A DNA stretch of 64,000 nucleotides from Hydrogenophilus sp. (GCA_026416515.1 JAOAEZ010000004.1:41227-105226), one strand, 5' to 3'; shown: positions 1 to 11,309, counted from the first letter of the stretch. Made by a program: numbers and translations. Notes: a model not told the origin generated them from the letters alone.

Positions 1-441
1 CTGGGCCAAATGGCGTTGGGCCACATGGGCCACCTCATGAGCCACCACTGCAGCCAGCTCTCCCTCATCCTCTGTCGTCGCGATCAAGCCGGTATGAACC
101 CCTAAAAATCCCCCCGGCAACGCCACCGCGTTAATCGAATCGTCGCGCAACACGAACCCCTCCACCTGCGGCACGGAGCGTCCCAACGCCCTCAGCCCTT
201 CCGCCACCCGTCTCGCCAACAACGTCACATACTCCTGTACTCCTGGCTCATCCCAAAACCCTGGTTCTCGCTCGCGAAGAGTCACCATCAACCTTCGGCC
301 CCACCGCTCCTCCTCTCGCTGGGAAAGGACGGCTGCCCCTGCTGCCCCCAAATCGGGCAACTCCCACCCCCATCCTTGGGTCGTCACCAACCACCCCATC
401 AACCCCACCATCCCTCGTCGTCGTCCGTTGCACCCATCCAC
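1..441 (-). CDS. M48 family zinc metalloprotease, BepA/YfgC-like (5' part; runs off the window's left edge)
   Basis: Not in the ORF track; translated by hand from GTG at 441: ...WELPDLGAAG...FVLRDDSINAVALPGGFLGVHTGLI...ELAAVVAHEVAHVAQRHLAQ. Contains HExxH plus the LPDLG and INAxAxPGG motifs of BepA; GGAG lies upstream. Confidence 0.88.
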   Translation of the reverse strand, partial: MDGCNGRRRGMVGLMGWLVTTQGWGWELPDLGAAGAAVLSQREEERWGRRLMVTLREREPGFWDEPGVQEYVTLLARRVAEGLRALGRSVPQVEGFVLRDDSINAVALPGGFLGVHTGLIATTEDEGELAAVVAHEVAHVAQRHLAQ

Positions 442-544
442 GCTCGCTCTCCCCCGAATACCCTCTCTGTTAATTGTAGTCTCACTCTCTCGCCTTGAAC
501 CTCGCGTACAATCTAACCCTCGCGCCCCTCTCCCCTCGCCCTCG

Positions 545-991
545 ATGGATCCCTTTCCCTCTCTCCCCAGCCCCTCCCGGAGCCGTCGTCTCGCCGCGCT
601 CCTCTACGAACTCATGCTCCTCATCGGCCTTGTCGGCGGTGGTGTCGTCCTCCCCTGGACCCTCCTCGCCCTCCTCCTGCACTGGGTTCCTCCCCCCCCT
701 CTCCTCTGGGCGCATCTGCTCTCCCTCCTAGCCCTCTACTTCACCTGGCAATGGCGGCGGCGTGGCGCCACCCTCGCCATGAAGACCTGGCGCCTTCGTC
801 TCGTTGCCGCCGACGGGACCCCTCCCACCTGGAAAGCCTGCTGGCTTCGCTTTCTCTGGGCCTGGCCCTCGCTCCTGACCGGCATAGGGTTTCTCTGGTC
901 TCTCTGGGACCCGGAGCGCCTCTGGTTGCACGACCGTCTCTCCCGCACCCGGCTCATTCTCTGGAACTGGGACACTCCCTCCTCCTCCTGA
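545..991 (+). CDS. RDD family membrane protein
   Basis: RRLAALLYE...TLAMKTWRLRLV...R.LW...LHDRLSRTRL pattern with hydrophobic helices; ATG at 545 preferred over the track start at 428. Confidence 0.85.
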   Translation: MDPFPSLPSPSRSRRLAALLYELMLLIGLVGGGVVLPWTLLALLLHWVPPPPLLWAHLLSLLALYFTWQWRRRGATLAMKTWRLRLVAADGTPPTWKACWLRFLWAWPSLLTGIGFLWSLWDPERLWLHDRLSRTRLILWNWDTPSSS

Positions 992-1152
992 TCGCGCTTT
1001 CCCTCCTGCGGGGCGCATCCCCTCCCCCGATCATCTCCCCCCATTTATAGAATCCCTCAACCCTCCTCCCCCTCCCTCCCATCCTCCCATTCCCCCTCCT
1101 TATCCCTCCCAATGGAAATTTCGCCTCATCCACTGCACAGCTCCTTTCCTCT

Positions 1153-1407
1153 ATGGAACGGACCGCACCAAAGCCGCCACTGAAAGCGAAATCGGATCGC
1201 CCTACGACCTCGTCGGCGTTCAACTGCCCTCGGCAAGCGCCCCTATGGCTTCATCGCTCTCGTCGGGCAACGTCGCCCTCAGCAACGCTGGGCTCAAATC
1301 CCCCTTCCCCTCAAACCTCACCCCTCGGGCACCTCCTCTTCGTCGCGCTCCTTGGCTATATGCTGCTCCTCACCCTTAGCCCTCGCAGCACGCGGCGGCG
1401 GGTTTAA
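1153..1407 (+). CDS. Small hypothetical protein or degraded gene with a C-terminal hydrophobic helix and basic tail
   Basis: 84-aa ORF filling the RDD-trxC gap and ending HLLFVALLGYMLLLTLSPRSTRRRV; no clear RBS. Confidence 0.25.
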   Translation: MERTAPKPPLKAKSDRPTTSSAFNCPRQAPLWLHRSRRATSPSATLGSNPPSPQTSPLGHLLFVALLGYMLLLTLSPRSTRRRV

Positions 1408-1505
1408 CGTCTCCCCCTTTCCCAACCACACCGTTTTTTCTTCCCCCTTGGCTATTCTCCTCCTCGCCCCCAGATTCTTCTCATTCTCTCTGATTGGAGC
1501 CACGC

Positions 1506-1940
<435 letters not shown>

Positions 1941-1946
1941 CCACTC

Positions 1947-2681
1947 ATGCTCTCTGCGGCCCCCTCTCTCCCCTGGACCATTCTCCCCGGCTGGCGGCTG
2001 GGCCGCACCCCCCTTCAACCCCTTGCCCGAGCCCTCCAAGCCACCATCCTCGACCTTCCGGGTTATGGGGAAACCCCTCCCGCTGCCTCTTTTGACGAAG
2101 CGATCGCCACCCTCCTAACCTATCTCCCTCACCGCACCAATCTCCTCGGCTGGTCTCTCGGCGCGATCCTTGCGCTGGCGATCGCCCTCCACGCCCCTCA
2201 CCGTCTCAACGCCCTCGCGCTCATCGCCGCCACCCCCTCCTTTCTTGCCCGTCCCGGATGGCCGCACGGTATCTCCCCTCACATGTTAGCCGCCTTTCGC
2301 GCCCAACTTCTCGAAAACGAATCCACCCTTCTCGTTCGCTTTGTCACCCACCTCAATCGGGGCGATCCCCGTCCAAAGGAGCGCACCGCCCAGCTCCTCG
2401 CCCTCGTCGACCCGCCCCCCCCTCTCTCTGTCCTCCTCACCGGGCTCGACTGGCTTGCTGCTGTAGACCTTCGGCCCAATCTTCCGCACCTTCATCCCCC
2501 CACCCTACTCCTCCACGGTGAAAAGGACCCTCTCATCCCCCTTGCGGCTGCCCAAACAATTCTCCGCCAAGCCCCCAACGCGCACCTCTCCCTCATCCCC
2601 GACGCCGCCCATGCCCCTTTTCTCTCGCACCTGCCCCTCATTCTCTCCGCTATCTCAAAATTTTCTCGCTCATGCCGTTAA
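1947..2681 (+). CDS. bioH: BioH-like alpha/beta hydrolase (pimeloyl-ACP methyl ester carboxylesterase)
   Basis: DLPGYG, GWSLG nucleophile elbow, ATPSF..RPGWPHG, DLRP.L, HGEKD and AAHAPFLSH motifs. Confidence 0.75.
   Translation: MLSAAPSLPWTILPGWRLGRTPLQPLARALQATILDLPGYGETPPAASFDEAIATLLTYLPHRTNLLGWSLGAILALAIALHAPHRLNALALIAATPSFLARPGWPHGISPHMLAAFRAQLLENESTLLVRFVTHLNRGDPRPKERTAQLLALVDPPPPLSVLLTGLDWLAAVDLRPNLPHLHPPTLLLHGEKDPLIPLAAAQTILRQAPNAHLSLIPDAAHAPFLSHLPLILSAISKFSRSCR
2655..2681 (+). promoter_or_regulatory. Putative sigma28 (FliA) promoter
   Basis: TCAA(2655-2658)-N15-GCCGTTAA(2674-2681) versus consensus TAAA/TCAA-N15-GCCGATAA; 30 nt before ATG 2711, with a GAGGA RBS in between. Confidence 0.65.
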
Positions 2682-2710
2682 CCCTTTTACCCTCACTCTG
2701 AGGAACTCCC

Positions 2711-3832
2711 ATGAAAATCGTCTCCTCCACTCTCAACCTCACCGCCGCGCACCAACGCTGCGAAGCCCAGCAACGCTCCCTCTCGCAACGCGAGATCGAA
2801 CGCCCCCTCTCCGCGGGCCGTTCCCTTACCTCTTCCTCAACCGCTCCTCTCCCTCCCCCGGTGCCCTCCTCCTCTCGGGCGGCGGCCCCCGCCCCTCCTG
2901 CAACCCCGGCGGACTCCTCCCCCTCTCGTGCGGCGGAAGAAACCGCCGAAACCGATCCTCTTGCTCCCGAGCGTTTTCTCACCCCTGAACTTCGTCTCCT
3001 CAAAACCCTCCTTCACCGTCTCTTTGGCTCGGAAGCTGAAGCGAGCGATCCCTACCCCCTCGTCGAACCGAGCGCGGAAGAAGAAGCGCGCCCCTCTTCC
3101 CCTACCTCACCCCCTCTTCCCTCTCTTCAATCCCCCTCTGACCAACCCATTTGGGTTGTGCGGGCCACTGTACTCGAAGCCAACGTACGCATCGCCCGTC
3201 TAGAAGCCCTCACCTTCTCCGCCTCGGGCGTCGTCCAAACCGCCGACGGTCGCACCATCTCCTTTGCCGCTGGCTTTGCGCTAGCTCGACACGAAGAGAC
3301 CGAAATCAACCTGCACATTGCCACCCTCTCCGCGCAACTCCAGCAACGTCCGAAAGACCCCCTCGTTCTCGACTTTGCCGGAGCGGGTGCCCAACTCGCC
3401 GACATCGGCTTTCGGTTTGACCTCATGGGCGATGGCACCCTCGTCAATCTCCCTGTCCCCCTGCGCGGTGCCGGCTTTCTCGTCTTCGACCGCAACGGCA
3501 ACGGTCGGGTCGACGACGGGCGAGAGCTCTTCGGTCCCCGCAGTGGGGACGGCTTTCGCGAACTCGCGCAACTCGACGACGACCGCAATGGCTGGATTGA
3601 CGAAAGCGACTCAAGCTGGTCTCGCCTCTACGTCTGGCACCCTTTCCAACCCGACCGGCTCATCGCGCTAGCGGACCTTCGCATTGGAGCGCTCGCCACC
3701 ACCGCTGTTGCCACCCCCTTCTCCATCGACGACTCCCAAGGTCACCAGCGCGGGCAACTTCAAAAAAGCTCCATCTACCTCAAAGAGACAGGGGAAGTAG
3801 GCACCATCTCTCACCTCGACCTCAACGTCTGA
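2711..3832 (+). CDS. Hypothetical protein with a C-terminal DPLVLD...[16 protein letters not shown] domain (Ca-binding-like loops)
   Basis: 373-aa ORF with good RBS; DxNxNGxxD and [12 protein letters not shown] loops; no signal peptide. Confidence 0.85.
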   Translation: MKIVSSTLNLTAAHQRCEAQQRSLSQREIERPLSAGRSLTSSSTAPLPPPVPSSSRAAAPAPPATPADSSPSRAAEETAETDPLAPERFLTPELRLLKTLLHRLFGSEAEASDPYPLVEPSAEEEARPSSPTSPPLPSLQSPSDQPIWVVRATVLEANVRIARLEALTFSASGVVQTADGRTISFAAGFALARHEETEINLHIATLSAQLQQRPKDPLVLDFAGAGAQLADIGFRFDLMGDGTLVNLPVPLRGAGFLVFDRNGNGRVDDGRELFGPRSGDGFRELAQLDDDRNGWIDESDSSWSRLYVWHPFQPDRLIALADLRIGALATTAVATPFSIDDSQGHQRGQLQKSSIYLKETGEVGTISHLDLNV

Positions 3833-3837
3833 CCCCC

Positions 3838-3865
3838 CTTGAAAAACCGGTAGAGCGCTCCCATT
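3838..3865 (+). promoter_or_regulatory. sigma32 (RpoH) heat-shock promoter of grpE
   Basis: CTTGAAA(3838-3844)-N13-CTCCCATT(3858-3865); a TATAAT also lies at 3870-3875. Confidence 0.75.
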
Positions 3866-3903
3866 CCGCTATAATCCCGCAGCATGGAATGGGAGCACGT
3901 TCT

Positions 3904-4545
3904 ATGACCCCTGAAAAAGACGAGCAAACGCCCTCTCAAACCCAAGCGCCGGAGAGTGCTGATATCGAAGCGGCGCCTCCCTCTGAAAACGGTATCGGGG
4001 AAGCGGCATCCTCCACCGCGGCGGTCTCTGAGACAGCGGCAGAGGGTCCCCCCTCGCCTTCTCCTGCGGACGCTCTTCCCGACCCCGCACAGCTTCTCCG
4101 GCAACTCGAACTTAAAGTTGCCGAGCACTACGACGCCTGGTTACGGGCCAAAGCTGAAGCCGAAAACATTCGCAAACGCGCCGAAGAAGAGATCGCCAAA
4201 GCGCGCCGTTTCGCCGTCGACCGCTTTGCTGCTGCGCTCCTTCCGGTCAAAGACAGTCTAGAAGCGGCCCTCTCTGCCGAAAATCAAACGGTAGAGAGTC
4301 TTCGGGAGGGGGTTCTCCTCACCCTCAAGCAGCTCACCGCTGCGCTCGAACAGCAAGGGATCGCTGAAGAGAACCCTATCGGCGGCAAATTCGATCCCAA
4401 CCGCCATCAAGCGATCGGCATGATCGAGACCGAAGAGGGCGAACCCAATCAGATCGCGCAAGTCCTGCAGAAGGGCTACCTCATTCACGAGCGGGTCTTA
4501 CGGCCGGCGCTCGTCATGATCACCAAACCCCGGGCTAACCCTTGA
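3904..4545 (+). CDS. grpE: Nucleotide exchange factor GrpE
   Basis: [45 protein letters not shown]; upstream of dnaK; GGGAG before ATG 3904. Confidence 0.97.
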   Translation: MTPEKDEQTPSQTQAPESADIEAAPPSENGIGEAASSTAAVSETAAEGPPSPSPADALPDPAQLLRQLELKVAEHYDAWLRAKAEAENIRKRAEEEIAKARRFAVDRFAAALLPVKDSLEAALSAENQTVESLREGVLLTLKQLTAALEQQGIAEENPIGGKFDPNRHQAIGMIETEEGEPNQIAQVLQKGYLIHERVLRPALVMITKPRANP

Positions 4546-4568
4546 AAAAAAAGGCTCTTCCCCCCACA
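4541..4568 (+). promoter_or_regulatory. sigma32 promoter of dnaK, overlapping the grpE stop codon
   Basis: CTTGAAA(4541-4547)-N14-CCCCACA. Confidence 0.75.
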
Positions 4569-4605
4569 ATAACCCGCAATCAACCCTCTTGGCAAGGAGC
4601 GACTC

Positions 4606-6546
4606 ATGGGCAAAATCATTGGTATTGACCTGGGCACCACCAACAGCTGTGTCGCGGTAATGGAGAGCGGTAAAGTCCGCGTCATCGAAAACTCTGAAGG
4701 ATCTCGCACCACCCCCTCGATTGTCGCCTACACTGCCGACGGCGAAATCCTTGTCGGCGCGCCGGCGAAACGGCAAGCGGTCACCAATGCGGCCAACACC
4801 TTCTACGCCATCAAGCGGCTCATCGGTCGGCGCTACGACGACCCCGAAGTTCAGAAAGACATTAAACTCATGCCCTACAAGATCATCCGCGCCGACAACA
4901 ACGATGCCTGGGTTCAGACGGCGGACGGGCGCAAGCTCGCCCCCCAGCAGATCTCGGCCGAGGTCCTGCGCAAGATGAAAAAAACTGCCGAAGACTATCT
5001 CGGCGAAGAGGTCACCGAAGCGGTCATCACGGTTCCCGCCTACTTCAACGACGCCCAACGGCAAGCCACCAAAGACGCCGGGCGGATTGCGGGGCTAGAA
5101 GTCAAGCGCATCATCAATGAACCGACGGCGGCCGCGCTCGCCTTTGGGATGGACAAAAAACCGGGCGACAGCAAGATTGCTGTCTATGACCTCGGCGGAG
5201 GCACCTTTGACATCTCCATCATCGAGATCGCCGAAGTCGACGGCGAGCACCAATTTGAAGTCCTCGCCACCAACGGCGACACCTTCCTTGGAGGGGAGGA
5301 CTTTGACAACCGCCTCATTGACCATATCGTAAGCGAATTTCAAAAGGAGCAAGGAGTCGACCTGCGCAAAGACCCGCTGGCGATGCAGCGACTGAAAGAA
5401 GCCGCGGAAAAAGCCAAAATCGAACTCTCCTCCAGTCAACAAACCGAAATCAACCTCCCCTACATCACTGCCGACGCGAGCGGGCCCAAGCATCTCGCCA
5501 TGAAGATTACGCGGGCCAAATTTGAAGCCCTTGTCGAAGACCTCATTGAAAAAACGATTGAACCCTGTCGCATTGCGCTCAAAGACGCGGGGCTCACCCC
5601 TAAAGAGATCGACGAAGTAATTCTCGTCGGCGGGATGACCCGCATGCCCAAAGTCCAAGAAGCGGTGAAAAACTTCTTTGGCAAAGAACCGCGCAAAGAT
5701 GTAAACCCTGACGAAGCCGTCGCCATTGGGGCTGCCATTCAAGCCGGCGTCCTCAAAGGGGAGGTCAAGGACGTTTTGCTCCTAGACGTTACCCCGCTCT
5801 CGCTCGGCATTGAAACGCTCGGCGGCATCATGACCAAGCTCATACAAAAGAACACCACCATTCCCACCAAAGCCACCCAAATTTTCTCCACAGCGGACGA
5901 CAATCAAACCGCGGTCACCATTCGCGTCTTTCAAGGCGAACGCGAAATGGCTCGCGACAACAAGCTCCTTGGCGAATTCAATCTGGAAGGGATTCGTCCC
6001 GCTCCGCGCGGTGTCCCGCAGATCGAAGTTACCTTTGACATCGACGCCAATGGTATTCTTCACGTCTCTGCGCGCGACAAGGACACCGGTAAAGAAAACA
6101 AAATCACCATCAAAGCCAACTCCGGCCTCACGGAAGAGCAGATTCAACGCATGATTCGCGACGCGGAGCTGCACGCTGCTGAAGACCGGCGGATGCGGGA
6201 GCTGGTTGAAACCCGCAACCAATGTGATGCCCTAATTCACTCGGTACGTCGCTCCCTCAACGAGCTGGGCGACAAAATTCCCACCGACGAAAAAGCCAAA
6301 GTCAATGCGGCCATTGACGAAGCGGAGCGAGCGGCGAAAGGCGACGACAAAAGCGCAATCGAAGCGGCGATGGAGCGGCTCGCTCGCGCCAGTGCTGAAG
6401 CGATGCAAAAAGCGCACAGCCGTGCGGGGGGGGGTGACTCCTCGGGCGGTGCGAGCGCGGGCAGCGCTTCGGGGTCGGGGGCTAAAGCCACCGACCGCGA
6501 TGTTGTCGATGCTGAATTTACCGAAATCAAACGCGATCAACCGTAA
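4606..6546 (+). CDS. dnaK: Molecular chaperone DnaK (Hsp70)
   Basis: [30 protein letters not shown]-terminal VVDAEF. Confidence 0.99.
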   Translation: MGKIIGIDLGTTNSCVAVMESGKVRVIENSEGSRTTPSIVAYTADGEILVGAPAKRQAVTNAANTFYAIKRLIGRRYDDPEVQKDIKLMPYKIIRADNNDAWVQTADGRKLAPQQISAEVLRKMKKTAEDYLGEEVTEAVITVPAYFNDAQRQATKDAGRIAGLEVKRIINEPTAAALAFGMDKKPGDSKIAVYDLGGGTFDISIIEIAEVDGEHQFEVLATNGDTFLGGEDFDNRLIDHIVSEFQKEQGVDLRKDPLAMQRLKEAAEKAKIELSSSQQTEINLPYITADASGPKHLAMKITRAKFEALVEDLIEKTIEPCRIALKDAGLTPKEIDEVILVGGMTRMPKVQEAVKNFFGKEPRKDVNPDEAVAIGAAIQAGVLKGEVKDVLLLDVTPLSLGIETLGGIMTKLIQKNTTIPTKATQIFSTADDNQTAVTIRVFQGEREMARDNKLLGEFNLEGIRPAPRGVPQIEVTFDIDANGILHVSARDKDTGKENKITIKANSGLTEEQIQRMIRDAELHAAEDRRMRELVETRNQCDALIHSVRRSLNELGDKIPTDEKAKVNAAIDEAERAAKGDDKSAIEAAMERLARASAEAMQKAHSRAGGGDSSGGASAGSASGSGAKATDRDVVDAEFTEIKRDQP

Positions 6547-6560
6547 TCCCTTTTCTCTCG

Positions 6561-6587
6561 GCCGTCGTCCGTTCTGCGGGCGGCGGC
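6561..6587 (+). other. Intergenic RNA hairpin between dnaK and dnaJ
   Basis: GCCGTCGTCCG-TTCTG-CGGGCGGCGGC forms an 11-bp stem with 2 G-U pairs; no U-tract follows, so it is more likely a stability/processing hairpin than an intrinsic terminator. Confidence 0.5.
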
Positions 6588-6615
6588 GTAAAAGTAAAAC
6601 CCAAGGACGCGAGCG

Positions 6616-7773
6616 ATGGCCTCTCAAACTGACCTCTACGCCGTTCTCGGAGTATCGCGCGACGCCACGGCGGACGAAATCAAAAAAGCCTATCGGCGGC
6701 TCGCTATGAAATATCACCCCGACCGTAACCCTGGGGACAAAGCTGCTGAAGAAAAATTCAAAGAGATTCAGCGTGCTTATGACATTCTCTCTGACGAACA
6801 AAAACGTGCCGCCTACGACCGCTACGGCCTCGCTGGGGTAGACCCCTCGGCGGCAGCCGCGGCCGGAGCCAGCGCGCGCGCTTTTGAAGAATTTGCCTCG
6901 GCCTTTGGCGACATCTTTGAAGACCTTTTTGGCAGCAGCAGTCGGCGCACTCGTTCGCAGGTCTATCGCGGTGCCGACCTCCGCTACACCCTCGAGATTA
7001 CCCTCGAAGAAGCCGCCCACGGCACCACCAAAACCATTCGTGTTCCCTCTTTTGAGATCTGCGGCAGCTGTCGCGGCACCGGTGCACGTCCTGGAACTGC
7101 GCCCAAGCTCTGTCCCTCCTGTGGAGGCTCGGGGCAGATCCGGATACAGCAAGGCTTCTTTTCCATTCAACAAACCTGCCCTGAATGTCACGGCAGCGGG
7201 CGGGTCATCGCCGACCCATGTCCTGAATGCCGGGGCAGCGGGCGGATTAAGCGGCAAAAGACCCTAGAAGTTAAAATCCCGGCGGGGATTGACACGGGGA
7301 TGCGGCTGCGGCAAAGCGGCTATGGAGAGCCGGGGATCAACGGCGGTCCGCCGGGCGACCTCTATGTCGAAATCCAAGTCAAACCTCACCCCGTCTTTCA
7401 ACGCGACGGCGACGACCTGCATTGCGAAATGCCGATCTCTATTGTCACAGCCGCGCTAGGCGGTGAAATCGAGATCCCCACCCTCGACGGCATTGCGCGC
7501 ATCAAAATTCCCCCGGAGACGCAAACGGGGCAAACCTTTCGTCTCCGGGGCAAAGGAATTCGCAATGTTCGCCATCACGGTGTCGGCGATCTCTACTGTC
7601 ATGTCGTCGTCGAAACGCCGGTAAACCTCACCGAGCGGCAAAAGGAGCTCCTCAAAGAGTTTGAAGCCATTGGTCGCGACCACCTCGCCCACCAGCAACC
7701 CAAAAGCAAAAGCTGGCTCGACCGCGTTCGCGAATTCTTCACCGCCCCCCACGGCTCTGACGAAACCCCCTGA
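6616..7773 (+). CDS. dnaJ: Molecular chaperone DnaJ
   Basis: J-domain HPD, four CxxCxGxG repeats, GDLY motifs. Confidence 0.99.
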   Translation: MASQTDLYAVLGVSRDATADEIKKAYRRLAMKYHPDRNPGDKAAEEKFKEIQRAYDILSDEQKRAAYDRYGLAGVDPSAAAAAGASARAFEEFASAFGDIFEDLFGSSSRRTRSQVYRGADLRYTLEITLEEAAHGTTKTIRVPSFEICGSCRGTGARPGTAPKLCPSCGGSGQIRIQQGFFSIQQTCPECHGSGRVIADPCPECRGSGRIKRQKTLEVKIPAGIDTGMRLRQSGYGEPGINGGPPGDLYVEIQVKPHPVFQRDGDDLHCEMPISIVTAALGGEIEIPTLDGIARIKIPPETQTGQTFRLRGKGIRNVRHHGVGDLYCHVVVETPVNLTERQKELLKEFEAIGRDHLAHQQPKSKSWLDRVREFFTAPHGSDETP

Positions 7774-7784
7774 TAGGGTCTCCT

Positions 7785-8588
7785 TTGGTGTGCGCGGCGC
7801 GCTCTGCCGATCCTCCTCCTCTGCGGCTCACCGCCCGTGTACGCCTCTCCCTTCCGGAGCTTCTGCTTCTTGCTGACCTCCATCTCGACCCCCACTGCTG
7901 GACGTCGCGCCACCAAGCCTTTTGCCGACTCCTTGCCGCCCTGCCGGCGCAACTTCCCCTAGCCATCCTGGGCGACCTTTTCGACTACTGGCTCGGCGAC
8001 GACTGGGACCCGCCGGCGCTCGGCCCCATTTTCTCCCTCCTCGCGGAACAAGCCCAGCGGCGGCTCATCCTCTTTCAAACGGGCAACCGGGACTTCCTCG
8101 CTGGTCGGCGCCTTGCCGCCCGCACTGGCTGGCGGCAGCTCCCCCCTCTCGTAGCCGTCACTGTCGGCGGCACCGCCTACCTCCTCACCCACGGCGACGC
8201 GCTCTGCTGGGACGACCGCTCCTATCTCCTCTGGCGAGCCCACACGCGCCGTCCTGCCTGGCGCAAGGAATTTCTCGCCCAACCCCTTTCTCAGCGCCTT
8301 GCTGCCGCCCTAACCCTCCGTGCCCTCAGTCGTCGCTCCCCTCCCCCCGTCTCCTCCTCTCCCGGAACTATTCCGGGTGCGGAAGTCTCCTCTACCGCAC
8401 TAACCGACCTCTTTCTCCGTCATCCCCACTGCAGTGCCCTCATTCACGGTCACACCCACCGCCCCCTGCACCAAATCCTCCCCACTCCCATTGGAGAACG
8501 TCATCGCTGGGTTCTTCCCGAATGGAACTGCGCCGTTCCACCGCTTCTTCTTCTCACCCCTGCGGGTGTCACCCACTTTACCCCCTAA
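7785..8588 (+). CDS. lpxH: UDP-2,3-diacylglucosamine diphosphatase (start uncertain)
   Basis: ADLHL, GDLFDYWLGDD, GNRDFL, HGD and IHGHTHRP metallophosphoesterase motifs. Confidence 0.9.
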   Translation: MVCAARSADPPPLRLTARVRLSLPELLLLADLHLDPHCWTSRHQAFCRLLAALPAQLPLAILGDLFDYWLGDDWDPPALGPIFSLLAEQAQRRLILFQTGNRDFLAGRRLAARTGWRQLPPLVAVTVGGTAYLLTHGDALCWDDRSYLLWRAHTRRPAWRKEFLAQPLSQRLAAALTLRALSRRSPPPVSSSPGTIPGAEVSSTALTDLFLRHPHCSALIHGHTHRPLHQILPTPIGERHRWVLPEWNCAVPPLLLLTPAGVTHFTP

Positions 8589-8606
8589 CTCTCCGCCCCC
8601 TGCGGC

Positions 8607-9077
8607 TCATTGCATCCCTCGCTCACCCTCCCCCTCACTTCCCCTCTCCTGCAGCCCCTGCAGAAAAGCCTTCAACGCCCGATTCTCGAAACCCTGCTCC
8701 TCCAAAATCGCCCGTGCCACATCATGGAACGAAATCACCCCCAACAGCACCCCATCGGTCACCACTGGAAAATAGCGCTGATGGCACGCCACCATCTCTG
8801 CCCGCAGCACCTCCACGGGCATCTCTGGATCCACCACTCGAGGGGGGCAGACCATCACCCGTTCCACGGCGATCCCCTCCCACGCCGCTCCCCCCTCGGC
8901 CACCGCACGCAGCACCTCGCGAAATGTCAGCAATCCCACCACCTCCCCCCGCCGCACCACCACCAATGACCCGATATCCTCGCTTACCATCGTCGCCACC
9001 GCCTCCCTCAATCGCGCCTGTGGCGGCACCGTAAACAACGCGTTTCCCTTCACTGCTAAAATCTCACGCACCCGCAC
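8607..9077 (-). CDS. CBS domain-containing protein
   Basis: Tandem CBS pattern (DIGSLVV...VGLLTFREV; RYFPVV...LGVISFHDV); GTG start at 9077 preceded by AGGAGG. Confidence 0.9.
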   Translation of the reverse strand: MRVREILAVKGNALFTVPPQARLREAVATMVSEDIGSLVVVRRGEVVGLLTFREVLRAVAEGGAAWEGIAVERVMVCPPRVVDPEMPVEVLRAEMVACHQRYFPVVTDGVLLGVISFHDVARAILEEQGFENRALKAFLQGLQERGSEGEGERGMQ

Positions 9078-9121
9078 TGCTCGCCCTCCTCTCTCATCGA
9101 GCCCCTCGCGCGCTCTCCCGC

Positions 9122-9445
9122 TCACCGCACCAACAGATGGCGTTTTCTCTTCACCTTTGCCCACACATCGGCATCGGGGAGAGGCTCCTTGCGCGCCACG
9201 ATGCGAGGCCACCGTTTAGCCAACTCAGCGTTCAACGCCACGAAATCGCGCTGATCCTCTGGCACATCATCCTCGGCGAAGATCGCCTCCACCGGGCACT
9301 CGCCCACGCACACGGAGCAATCGATGCACTCATCGGGATCGATCACCAAAAAATTTGGCCCCTCTCGAAAGCAATCGACAGGGCAAACCTCCACGCAATC
9401 GGTATACTTGCACTTAATGCACGCCTCGGTCACTACGTAGGCCAT
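9122..9445 (-). CDS. fdxA: 7Fe ferredoxin (Azotobacter FdI type)
   Basis: [26 protein letters not shown]...[12 protein letters not shown]; 107 aa. Confidence 0.95.
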   Translation of the reverse strand: MAYVVTEACIKCKYTDCVEVCPVDCFREGPNFLVIDPDECIDCSVCVGECPVEAIFAEDDVPEDQRDFVALNAELAKRWPRIVARKEPLPDADVWAKVKRKRHLLVR

Positions 9446-9540
9446 TGCTCCACCCCTGCACCCGAACCGGTCTTTACCTGAAAACGTCTCCTTTATACCA
9501 CGCTCCTCTCTCCCCGGCAATGCCCTCCCCCTCTGGGAGA

Positions 9541-9569
9541 TTGACAAAAAGGGCCTCCTTGCGTATTGT
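9541..9569 (+). promoter_or_regulatory. sigma70-type promoter of trxA-rho
   Basis: TTGACA-N17-TATTGT. Confidence 0.65.
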
Positions 9570-9621
9570 CTCACCATCAGCACTAATCGGGTAGACTAGC
9601 GTTTACGTACTGGAAGCCAAG

Positions 9622-9948
9622 ATGAGCGCTCACATCCACCACGTCACCGACGGCAACTTTGAAGCCGAGGTTCTCAAAGCCGCGGAGCCGGTTCTCGTCG
9701 ACTTCTGGGCCGAATGGTGCGGCCCCTGTCGCATGATTGCCCCCATTCTCGACGAAATCGCCGCCCTATATGCGGGCAGGCTTAAAGTCTGCAAACTCAA
9801 CATCGACGACAACCCCGAAATGCCCAGCAAGTATGGTGTTCGCGGCATTCCCACTCTCATTCTCTTCAAAAATGGGGCCGTAGAAGCCACGCGGGTTGGT
9901 GCGATGTCGAAATCGCAGCTCACCGCCTTCCTCGAAAGCCACCTCTAA
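9622..9948 (+). CDS. trxA: Thioredoxin 1
   Basis: [19 protein letters not shown]; canonical trxA-rho order. Confidence 0.97.
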   Translation: MSAHIHHVTDGNFEAEVLKAAEPVLVDFWAEWCGPCRMIAPILDEIAALYAGRLKVCKLNIDDNPEMPSKYGVRGIPTLILFKNGAVEATRVGAMSKSQLTAFLESHL

Positions 9949-10049
9949 AAAATCCATCGGGGCGCCGCTGCGTTTGGTGCCCCCTATCCCTTAACCCTTC
10001 GAAATCCGACGAATCGGCGTCCGCGTCGGTCGCGAGTTTAGCAGTCGCC

Positions 10050-11309
10050 ATGCATCTCTCTGAAATCAAAAACTTACATGTCAGCGAACTCTTAACCATT
10101 GCTGCCGAGCACGGCATTGAAAACGCCAATCGTTTGCGCAAGCACGAACTCGTCTTTGCCATCCTCAAGCAACGTGCCCGGCGAGGAGAACCCATTTACG
10201 GTGGGGGTGTCCTCGAAATTCTCTCCGAAGGTTATGGATTTTTACGCTCTCCTGACACCTCCTATCTCTCCAGCCCTGATGACGTCTATGTCTCCCCCTC
10301 GCAAATTCGTCGCTACAACCTCCACTGTGGTGACACCATCGAAGGCGAAATCCGCATCCCCAAGGAAGGCGAACGCTACTTTGCCCTCACCAAAATCGAC
10401 ACCATCAACGGGGATCCCCCCGAAATCTGTAAGCGCAAGATCCTCTTTGAAAATCTCACTCCTCTTCACCCCAACATTCCCTTTCGTCTTGAGCGCGACA
10501 TCAAAAGCGAAGAGAACCTCACCGGACGGGTCATCGACATCATCGCTCCCATCGGCAAGGGGCAACGCGGGCTTATTGTAGCCCCCCCCAAAAGCGGCAA
10601 GACTATCATGCTCCAGCACATCGCCCACGCGATTGCCGCCAACCACCCTGAGGTCGTCCTCATTGTCCTTCTTATCGACGAGCGACCCGAAGAAGTCACC
10701 GAAATGCAGCGCTGTGTCCGGGGGGAGGTGGTCGCCTCTACCTTTGACGAACCGCCCACGCGGCACGTACAAGTGGCTGAGATGGTTATTGAAAAAGCCA
10801 AGCGGCTCACCGAACACAAAAAGGACGTCGTCATTCTCCTCGACTCCCTCACGCGGCTTGCTCGCGCTTACAACACCGTCGTTCCCACCTCGGGCAAAGT
10901 CCTTACCGGAGGTGTCGACGCCAACGCCCTCCAAAAACCCAAGCGCTTCTTCGGAGCCGCCCGCAACATCGAAGAAGGGGGCAGTCTCACCATCATCGCC
11001 ACCACTCTCATCGACACGGGCAGTCGGATGGACGACGTCATCTACGAAGAGTTCAAAGGAACCGGCAACATGGAGCTTCACCTTGACCGGCGCATGGCCG
11101 AGAAGCGCGTCTATCCCGCCATCAACGTTAATCGCTCGGGCACGCGTCGAGAAGAGCTCCTCCTCGACCCTGCGATTCTTCCCAAGGTCTGGGTTCTCCG
11201 CAAGCTCCTCTACGGTATGGATGAAATCGAAGCCACCGAATTTTTTCTCGACAAGCTCAAAGCCACCAAAAACAACGCTGAGTTCTTTGAAGCCATGCGG
11301 CGGACCTAG
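10050..11309 (+). CDS. rho: Transcription termination factor Rho
   Basis: [43 protein letters not shown]; 419 aa. Confidence 0.99.
   Translation: MHLSEIKNLHVSELLTIAAEHGIENANRLRKHELVFAILKQRARRGEPIYGGGVLEILSEGYGFLRSPDTSYLSSPDDVYVSPSQIRRYNLHCGDTIEGEIRIPKEGERYFALTKIDTINGDPPEICKRKILFENLTPLHPNIPFRLERDIKSEENLTGRVIDIIAPIGKGQRGLIVAPPKSGKTIMLQHIAHAIAANHPEVVLIVLLIDERPEEVTEMQRCVRGEVVASTFDEPPTRHVQVAEMVIEKAKRLTEHKKDVVILLDSLTRLARAYNTVVPTSGKVLTGGVDANALQKPKRFFGAARNIEEGGSLTIIATTLIDTGSRMDDVIYEEFKGTGNMELHLDRRMAEKRVYPAINVNRSGTRREELLLDPAILPKVWVLRKLLYGMDEIEATEFFLDKLKATKNNAEFFEAMRRT

Noticed and set aside
961-1110. C-run tracts as dedicated G-quadruplex/i-motif or KOPS elements
   Set aside because: Such tracts occur throughout the window and are expected from the global skew; enrichment cannot be shown without a composition-matched null model.
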